Shown in pieces: positions 1-5,081 of a stretch of 5,543 bases of DNA. The stretch covers positions 1-5,543 of the forward strand of contig DGGR01000044.1 of NCBI GenBank assembly GCA_002392285.1. The letters run 5' to 3'. How positions within the stretch are numbered: the stretch's first letter is position 1; every line of letters starts with the position of its first letter. The DNA is from Verrucomicrobia bacterium UBA3869. GTDB lineage: Bacteria; Verrucomicrobiota; Verrucomicrobiia; Opitutales; UBA9783. The notes under the pieces are model-generated. The model searched no databases. It was not told the DNA's origin and worked only from the letters and a program-made list of their open reading frames with translations. The translations under genes were made by a program, and so were the position numbers.

Positions 1-228
1 TTGTCCCATGAAACCTCCACCATTAACACGTGCGCGAAAATCAAACCCTTCCTCATCACCAATCACTTGAAAAGGTTTTAAGAGGGAAGTTTTAACGTCG
101 TCTGATAGATGATCGATATCAATTTTTTTATCGTTGATCATCCAAACGCCTTTGCCTTTTGATAGGCGAACACGTGCGGTGGCTGTTTTACGGCGTCCAA
201 TGGCAACAAATTCAGTTATTTTCGACAT
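1..228 (-). CDS. rpsI: 30S ribosomal protein S9, first 76 codons; the gene continues past the left window edge
   Basis: Absent from the supplied ORF track because it has no in-window stop. The reverse complement of 1..228 starts at ATG (226..228) and reads MSKITEFVAIGRRKTATARVRLSKGKGVWMINDKKIDIDHLSDDVKTSLLKPFQVIGDEEGFDFRARVNGGGFMGQ, open to the edge. It carries the S9 hallmarks GRRKTA-ARV and GGG--GQ. It starts 6 nt downstream of the rplM stop, the conserved rplM-rpsI order. Confidence 0.9.
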   Translation of the reverse strand, partial: MSKITEFVAIGRRKTATARVRLSKGKGVWMINDKKIDIDHLSDDVKTSLLKPFQVIGDEEGFDFRARVNGGGFMGQ

Positions 229-234
229 AAAATA

Positions 235-666
235 TTAACATTCGTAGGCAATAGGTGATTGAGCTGCATAGGGATGATTTTCGCCTACACAAATATGCAA
301 CTTTTTAAGCATATGACGCGATAAATTGTTTTTAGGCATCATTCCAGTAACGGCACGCAAAAGGATTTCTTCTGGATGTTTTTGACGCAATTCCTGTAAG
401 GTACGTACATGTAAACCGCTTTGATAGCCAGAAAAATTGGCGTACGTTTTGTTGCTTTCTTTCTGACCAGTTACTGCGATTTTTTCTGCATTGATGACAA
501 CAACGTAATCGCCTGTATCGCATTGAGGTGTGTAGGTCGTTTTATTACGTCCACGTAAAATGTTTGCGATTTTAACAGCTAAGGTTCCTAAGACCTTATC
601 TTTAGCATCAATAAGATACCATTTTTTATCGCTTGGATTCGCTTGCGTAACAATTGTTGTCTTCAT
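235..666 (-). CDS. rplM: 50S ribosomal protein L13
   Basis: The 143-aa ORF aligns along its length with remembered bacterial L13, for example E. coli: KxWYxxDAxxKxLGxLA, LRGxxKxxYTPxxDTGDYVVVINAEKIAVTG, GMxPKxxLxRxMxKKLxxxxGxxHPxAAQxP. rpsI lies immediately downstream. Confidence 0.95.
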   Translation of the reverse strand: MKTTIVTQANPSDKKWYLIDAKDKVLGTLAVKIANILRGRNKTTYTPQCDTGDYVVVINAEKIAVTGQKESNKTYANFSGYQSGLHVRTLQELRQKHPEEILLRAVTGMMPKNNLSRHMLKKLHICVGENHPYAAQSPIAYEC

Positions 667-684
667 TTCTAGTTGATAGCCCAG

Positions 685-712
685 AGTAAAGTTTCGCAGT
701 AAAAACTGTCAA
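685..712 (-). promoter_or_regulatory. Putative sigma70-type promoter for rplM-rpsI
   Basis: The minus strand reads TTGACA (707..712, perfect -35), a 16-nt spacer, then TTTACT (685..690, 4/6 match to TATAAT). The -10 ends 18 nt upstream of the rplM ATG, which implies a very short leader with no clear Shine-Dalgarno. Motif-only prediction. Confidence 0.3.
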
Positions 713-760
713 GTTTTTTGTTCGAAATCGTTTAGGGCAAAAGAAATTTGCATGAAAAAA

Positions 761-789
761 TAGACTTTTTGCTAAAAAAACGTCATAAT
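761..789 (+). promoter_or_regulatory. Putative sigma70-type promoter for the chaperone-like/sctC operon
   Basis: TAGACT (761..766, 4/6 to TTGACA), a 17-nt spacer, then CATAAT (784..789, 5/6 to TATAAT). The predicted transcription start falls only about 8-14 nt before the GTG(804)/ATG(810) candidate starts. Motif-only and weak. Confidence 0.2.
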
Positions 790-803
790 ATCCTTAAGAC
801 TTC

Positions 804-1208
804 GTGCTTATGGAATTAACAAAGTGTATTCAGGTGTTGGAACAATGCGTTGGTTATCCGATCCAAGCCCATGAGGATCAAGGGGTTTATCAATGGATCC
901 ATGCAAAGCAACAGTTCCATTTTTTTCAAAAAAACAAACAGCTTTGTTGGGAAGGTTCCATAGGGAATCCCCTGGCAGACAATAGCAAATCCCGTGAATT
1001 ATTAAGCAAAATATTACAGTTTAACTTAAAGCGTATGCGTTTTGTAGAAGGGACGTTGTTGTTGGACCCGACAACCCATCAATTATATTTGCGTTATGGA
1101 TTACCGATTAAGGAGTGTAGCGAAAAAAGCTTAACGGATAAGTTTACTGATTTCTTATTGAACTTAGAAACGATTGAAGAACAATTTTTCCCTGATTTTC
1201 GTAAATGA
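804..1208 (+). CDS. Small cytoplasmic protein resembling a class I type III secretion chaperone (YscB/CesT/Scc-like)
   Basis: 134 aa from GTG at 804; the in-frame ATG at 810 gives MELTK... and may be the real start. There is no signal peptide or hydrophobic segment. Size and sequence pattern fit class I T3S chaperones: an N-terminal helix (CIQVLEQCVGYPI), then DQGVYQWI, then IGNPLADN..SRELLSKILQFNL....GTLLLDPTTHQLYLRYGLP, and a C-terminal helix (FTDFLLNLETIEEQF). It sits directly upstream of the secretin and overlaps it, the position yscB holds relative to yscC in Ysc-family loci. The function is inferred from pattern and synteny only. Confidence 0.55.
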   Translation: MLMELTKCIQVLEQCVGYPIQAHEDQGVYQWIHAKQQFHFFQKNKQLCWEGSIGNPLADNSKSRELLSKILQFNLKRMRFVEGTLLLDPTTHQLYLRYGLPIKECSEKSLTDKFTDFLLNLETIEEQFFPDFRK

Positions 1209-3187
1209 ATGCGCGTACCTTGTGGAATTTGGCAGTGGGGGCTAGCCTATGCGTTTTAATGTACGCAGGGTTGGAACCTTCTATTGACGAACCAGTTTCA
1301 GAAGGTTCAGATCAACCTAAAATTCAATTTTCAGCTCAGCTGTTACCAACGGATACTGCCAAAGATACTGGATCTATAGACCATCAATTTTGGCCGCACT
1401 CTACGGTTTATCTTTATTTAAGAGACAAGCTTTTAGGGGATACCATTGCCGATTTTTGCAAGATGCAACAGATCGATGTGGTGATTAGTGAGGCGTTAAA
1501 AAAGAATACCCATAAGATTCATCAAAGCTTCGAGAAAACCTATCCTGTATCCATTTGGAATCAATTAACTCATTCCTGTGGATTAATGTGGTTTTACGAT
1601 GGCCACGTGTTGTACGTTTACGAGTCAGGAGAAATTCAGACCAAAGTATTGCAGGTGCATCCACGTCAAATTCAAACGCTGTTAGATATGATTAAGACCA
1701 TGGGGTTTGTAGGATCTAATATGTCGATTAATCCCATGATTGAGGGAGGAATTGTCGTGATTAGTGGCGCTCCTAAAATGGTTGAGTTGTTATCGGAAAT
1801 TATTGGCAACATGCAATTGTATAATCCGAGCGAAACCGATCCGGTGGACATCCGTGTCTTTTATTTAAAACATGCGTGGGCAGATGATAAAGAAATCGGA
1901 AGTTTGCAGATTCCTGGGGTAGCGACCTTATTGAATGATATTTTCTTAAAGAAACGTAGTGGAGATTATTCGTTAACGAGTACGCCTTTACCGGATTCGG
2001 CTAAGAAACTAGCATCGGTGCGGGATAAACAAGAGAATAAGTCGGATAAAGACAAAAAGTCAGAAACCGAGGATGTTCATGATGCGAAATCGGGCGAAAT
2101 TACGATTGATGCGCGCCAAAATGCGATCATTGTTAAGGATTATCGCAGAAATTTAGCCTTATATGAGGCGATTATTGCCAAATTGGATGTACCGTTGGAG
2201 TTAATTGAAATTCAGGCGGCTATCATTAATGTGTCCAAAAGCTGTGGGTTAAATGTTGGTGTTGATGGTCTTCATTTAAAATCGCCTAACCGTACCATAC
2301 AATTTTCTAACAATGGACCTGTTGAAGGTGGATTTACAAAAGCAGCCAATGGTCTGATCAATGGAATTGTTAATGGTAATGAATTTTTAACTGCTATCAA
2401 TTTTTTGGAAAAACAAAATCTCAGTAAGGTATTAGCGCGTCCATCCGTTATTACTATGAATAATTTGACTGCTTTGATGGATCAAAGCAAAACCTTCTAC
2501 TACGAGGTAAAAGGTCAAAAAAGCGGGGATATGTATTCAATTTCCGGTAGTACAACCCTACACGTAACTCCCCATCTATGTGCGTGTGATGGGAAGCCTC
2601 AAATTCAACTGATTTTGGATATTAAGGATGAATCGGTTGACCCGGGTTCATCGGATACAAAGCCGAGCACCAATTCGTCTTCTATATCAACTCAGGCGCT
2701 TGTGTATGAAGGACAAAGCGTGTTGATTGGAGGGTATTTCGCAGAGGATTATGTCAAAGGGGAAAAGGGTATTCCTGTGTTGAAGGATATTCCGCTTTTG
2801 GGATATTTGTTTAAAACCTCTACTAAGACAAAAACTATATCGGAACGCTTGTTCTTAATTACCCCTCGTTTGATTCATCTATCGTCTAGCGATCCTTACA
2901 AAGAGGTTTTCGATACGCCTTCGAACTTAACGCGTAGCGATGAATTGATGCAAATTCAGTGTAATCCAAAGCCCATTGAGCTTTCGAATCATGAGTCAGC
3001 GAAAAAACTCTCAGCTTTGGCTGAAAAACATCCGAATTCCATAGGACTTCGGATGTATCTGCGTTGTCATGGAAAATCACAAGCTCAGTCCATGCCGCAT
3101 CAAGGGCAGGAGATGCTAAATTTAGTTCGCAATAATCATCTTAAATCGGAAGAATATCCATCAGATGATGGAGATGAACAGGGATAA
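1205..3187 (+). CDS. sctC: Type III secretion system outer-membrane secretin, SctC/YscC family
   Basis: 660 aa with an N-terminal signal-like segment (MNARTLWNLAVGASLCVLMYAG). The N0-like block LLGDTIADF...GLMWFYDGHVLYVYESGEIQTKVLQV parallels YscC LLTDF...NLVWYYDGNVLYIFKNSE. The N3 block IRVFYLKHAWADD...IPGVATLLNDI and IDARQNAIIVKDYRRNLALYEAIIAKLDVPLELIEIQAAIINVS parallels YscC IFPLKYASASD...PGVATIL and ADPSLNAIIVRD...LDKP..IEV. The secretin core includes FLEKQNLSKVLARPSVITMNN...QSKTFYY, and the C-terminal signature is GIPVLKDIPLLGYLFKTSTKTKTISERLFLITPRLI (nt 2768..2875). The start ATG overlaps the upstream stop as ATGA (1205..1208). Confidence 0.9.
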   Translation: MNARTLWNLAVGASLCVLMYAGLEPSIDEPVSEGSDQPKIQFSAQLLPTDTAKDTGSIDHQFWPHSTVYLYLRDKLLGDTIADFCKMQQIDVVISEALKKNTHKIHQSFEKTYPVSIWNQLTHSCGLMWFYDGHVLYVYESGEIQTKVLQVHPRQIQTLLDMIKTMGFVGSNMSINPMIEGGIVVISGAPKMVELLSEIIGNMQLYNPSETDPVDIRVFYLKHAWADDKEIGSLQIPGVATLLNDIFLKKRSGDYSLTSTPLPDSAKKLASVRDKQENKSDKDKKSETEDVHDAKSGEITIDARQNAIIVKDYRRNLALYEAIIAKLDVPLELIEIQAAIINVSKSCGLNVGVDGLHLKSPNRTIQFSNNGPVEGGFTKAANGLINGIVNGNEFLTAINFLEKQNLSKVLARPSVITMNNLTALMDQSKTFYYEVKGQKSGDMYSISGSTTLHVTPHLCACDGKPQIQLILDIKDESVDPGSSDTKPSTNSSSISTQALVYEGQSVLIGGYFAEDYVKGEKGIPVLKDIPLLGYLFKTSTKTKTISERLFLITPRLIHLSSSDPYKEVFDTPSNLTRSDELMQIQCNPKPIELSNHESAKKLSALAEKHPNSIGLRMYLRCHGKSQAQSMPHQGQEMLNLVRNNHLKSEEYPSDDGDEQG

Positions 3188-3665
3188 TCAGGTGCACTAT
3201 GGTCCGAACACGCGTATTGCGCAACAAGCGGTTGTGTATGGTCAGATAAGCTTAGGGGATTATTGCAGCATATGGCCTTATGCAGTTCTTAGAGGGGATA
3301 TTAATAACATCCGCATTGGAGATTGTACCAATATTCAAGAATCTGTTGTGATTCATGTAGGAACCGATGCTGTATGGATAGGTGATCGTGTAACCATTGG
3401 TCATGGAGCTATTGTTCATGGATGCCACATTGATTCCGATTGCCTCATCGGGATGCATGCAACGCTATTAGATGGCGCTACTATCGGCCACCATTGTATT
3501 ATCGGCGCTAATACATTGGTTACGCAGCATAAAAGTATTCCGCCGTATTCCCTTGTGTGTGGTTCCCCTGGACGGGTTGTTAGAACTTTAACGGAATACG
3601 ATGTACAATTGATTCAAAATAGCGCTCAGGTTTACCTGGATTTATTGAAAACGTTCCCTTTTTAA
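3165..3665 (+). CDS. Left-handed beta-helix (hexapeptide-repeat) protein, gamma-carbonic-anhydrase-like / YrdA-PaaY family
   Basis: 166 aa with the family pattern: IWPYAVLRGDINNIRIGDCTNIQESVVIHV, IGDRVTIGHGAIVHGCHI, LIGMHATLLDGATIGHHCIIGANTLV, IPPYSLVCGSPGRVVRTL. The three conserved His positions of the YrdA/Cam type appear to be present (IHV, GHG, VHGC). The start is uncertain: in-frame ATGs at 3165, 3168 and 3174 all lie inside the sctC 3' end, and a GTG at 3192 lies just after the sctC stop. Confidence 0.85.
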   Translation: MMEMNRDNQVHYGPNTRIAQQAVVYGQISLGDYCSIWPYAVLRGDINNIRIGDCTNIQESVVIHVGTDAVWIGDRVTIGHGAIVHGCHIDSDCLIGMHATLLDGATIGHHCIIGANTLVTQHKSIPPYSLVCGSPGRVVRTLTEYDVQLIQNSAQVYLDLLKTFPF

Positions 3666-3683
3666 GATTAAGCGCGTGACTGA

Positions 3684-3713
3684 TTGCTAATGCTTTTTGA
3701 CTTGAGGTATAAT
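3684..3713 (+). promoter_or_regulatory. Putative sigma70-type promoter for hisS
   Basis: TTGCTA (3684..3689, 5/6), an 18-nt spacer, then a perfect TATAAT (3708..3713), ending 27 nt upstream of the hisS ATG. Motif-only prediction. Confidence 0.45.
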
Positions 3714-3732
3714 CCGGATTTAATTTACCTTT

Positions 3733-3737
3733 GAGGT
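3733..3737 (+). promoter_or_regulatory. Shine-Dalgarno sequence of hisS
   Basis: GAGGT ends 3 nt before the ATG at 3741. This is the only clear SD-like element I found before any start codon in this window. Confidence 0.5.
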
Positions 3738-3740
3738 AAC

Positions 3741-5063
3741 ATGAAAGGGATCGAAAGAGAGCCACTGCCAGGATTTCGTGATTTTGAACCGGCAGATTGT
3801 GCACAGCGTAATTTTATCTTTAACCAATGGCGTTCGGTTGCGCATACCTTTGGGTATGAAGAATTTGATGGGCCGATTGTAGAAGCTTTGGTTTTGTTTA
3901 CGCAAAAATCCGGTCCTGAAATAGTAGAGCAACTGTTCGCGTTCCAAGATAAGGGAGAGCGTGCCATTGCCTTACGCCCTGAAATGACGCCTTCGTTGGT
4001 TCGGATGGTAGGCAAGCGATTGGCCACCTTGAAACGCCCTACTAAGTGGTTTAACATTACCGAACAGTTTCGCTATGAACGTCCCCAAAAGGGACGATTA
4101 CGTTCGTTTTATCAATTTAATGCAGATATTATTGGAGAAAGTTCCAGCGCAGCTGATGCAGAATTGATTGCCCTGGCGATTGCTACGTTTCAAAAGTTTG
4201 GGCTTAAAAAAGAACACTTCCATGTGCGCTTGAGCGATCGCCAGCTATGGGTGTTATGGCTAAAGGCCTTCGGGGTTAATCAAGAACAGGAGGTTGGTGC
4301 GTTGCTGGGTATTTTGGACAAATGGGAACGTCGATCGCCAGAGAGTATCCAGGAGGATTTAACAGCATCCTTTAAGGATTCGACAAAAGCCACTTTGTTT
4401 TTGAACACTACTGAAGTTTTACGCAAAGCACGTACCCTTGATGCTATTCGTGAGTGCTTTCACAACTGCCAACCTTCGTCGGATATGGAAGCCTTAGAAC
4501 AACGTTTATCGGAGTTGAAGGTTTTATTACAGGAATTAGAAAGTTTGGGTGTACGTGATTGGGTTACTTTGGATTTAACCATTGTGCGTGGATTGGCTTA
4601 TTATACAGGCTTCGTGTTCGAGGTGTTTGGAAACGGAGATCAAGGGAGAGCCTTGGCGGGTGGCGGACGCTATGATCACCTGTTTGAAAAATTAGTGGGG
4701 CAACCGATGCCAGCCGTTGGATTCGCTGCTGGAGATGTTACCCTAACCGATTTGTTACGTAAACAGACTTTGTTTCCCCCCGACCAAAGCGCAGTTGATT
4801 GTTATGTCGTCTTTGAACAAACAGAACGTCAACGGGCTTTGTTATTGGCTCAGCAATTGCGCGCGGCAGGGTTTTCAGTGCTGTATTCCTTAGACCTACA
4901 AAAAGACTTGGGGAAACAACAGAAAAAGGCGTATGCCGATGACCCGCATTATGTCATAACCTTAACGCATGAGCTTGTTTCACAAGCCAAAGCACAGATT
5001 AAAGGTGCAGAATCGGAACAGATCGTTGACTTAAAATCACTACCTGAATACTTAAAGCAATAG
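3741..5063 (+). CDS. hisS: Histidine--tRNA ligase (class II aminoacyl-tRNA synthetase)
   Basis: 440 aa. It has the HisRS signature LRPEMTPSLVRMV, motif 2 FRYERPQKGRLRSFYQFNADIIG, motif 3 region GGGRYDHLFEKL, and a C-terminal anticodon-binding-type domain (VDCYVVFEQTERQRALLLAQQLRAAGFSV). That C-terminal domain argues against the paralog HisZ. Confidence 0.95.
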   Translation: MKGIEREPLPGFRDFEPADCAQRNFIFNQWRSVAHTFGYEEFDGPIVEALVLFTQKSGPEIVEQLFAFQDKGERAIALRPEMTPSLVRMVGKRLATLKRPTKWFNITEQFRYERPQKGRLRSFYQFNADIIGESSSAADAELIALAIATFQKFGLKKEHFHVRLSDRQLWVLWLKAFGVNQEQEVGALLGILDKWERRSPESIQEDLTASFKDSTKATLFLNTTEVLRKARTLDAIRECFHNCQPSSDMEALEQRLSELKVLLQELESLGVRDWVTLDLTIVRGLAYYTGFVFEVFGNGDQGRALAGGGRYDHLFEKLVGQPMPAVGFAAGDVTLTDLLRKQTLFPPDQSAVDCYVVFEQTERQRALLLAQQLRAAGFSVLYSLDLQKDLGKQQKKAYADDPHYVITLTHELVSQAKAQIKGAESEQIVDLKSLPEYLKQ

Positions 5064-5081
5064 CCTTTTCAACGAAAAAGA

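Noticed and set aside
332-523. 63-aa minus-strand ORF inside rplM in a different frame
   Set aside because: It lies entirely within the strongly supported L13 coding sequence. The translation is Cys/Arg-rich and looks like nothing, which is typical of an out-of-frame shadow ORF.
804-1208. The 134-aa ORF as the secretin pilotin
   Set aside because: Pilotins are exported lipoproteins with a signal peptide and lipobox Cys. This protein has neither and looks cytoplasmic.
1241-1252. Possible lipobox (ASLC) in the secretin signal region, which would suggest a lipoprotein secretin
   Set aside because: Leu at the -1 position does not fit the L-[AS]-[GA]-C lipobox consensus. A standard signal peptidase I substrate is more likely.
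2886-3080. 64-aa antisense ORF within the sctC 3' region
   Set aside because: It is antisense to a well-supported CDS and has no start context or recognisable motif. I treat it as a shadow ORF.
1205-3187. Alternative reading of the 660-aa secretin as T2SS GspD, T4P PilQ or a filamentous-phage pIV secretin
   Set aside because: The N-terminal blocks (WFYDGHVLYVYE, VFYLKHAWADD, IPGVATLL, NAIIVKD...LDVP..IEIQAAII) match my memory of YscC/InvG-type SctC block by block. The domain count fits N0-N1-N3 better than the GspD N0-N1-N2-N3 layout. No gspE/F/G or pil genes are adjacent, and a YscB-like ORF lies upstream. This still needs profile-HMM confirmation.
3252-3458. 68-aa antisense ORF within the LbH/gamma-CA-like gene
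   Set aside because: It is antisense to a CDS with clear hexapeptide-repeat family motifs. Repeat-encoding DNA often stays open on the opposite strand.
3580-4057. Three overlapping minus-strand ORFs (3580..3804, 3720..3947, 3725..4057) spanning the LbH 3' end, the hisS promoter region and the hisS 5' end
   Set aside because: All are antisense to strongly supported genes, they overlap one another in different frames, and none carries a family motif. They would also run through the hisS promoter and RBS.
4234-4341. GCGATCGC (cyanobacterial HIP1-like palindrome, 4234..4241) and a 10-nt direct repeat CGATCGCCAG (4235..4244 and 4332..4341) inside hisS
   Set aside because: There is a single full HIP1 octamer and only one short repeat pair, and the two copies sit in different codon phases within a conserved gene. 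Chance is the simplest explanation, and there is no enrichment elsewhere in the window.
5065-5080. Possible bidirectional terminator hairpin (CTTTT-caacga-AAAAG) in the 18-nt gap between convergent hisS and the sulfatase-like gene
   Set aside because: The stem is only 5 bp, is mostly A-T and has no flanking U-tract, so it is far too weak to call an intrinsic terminator.
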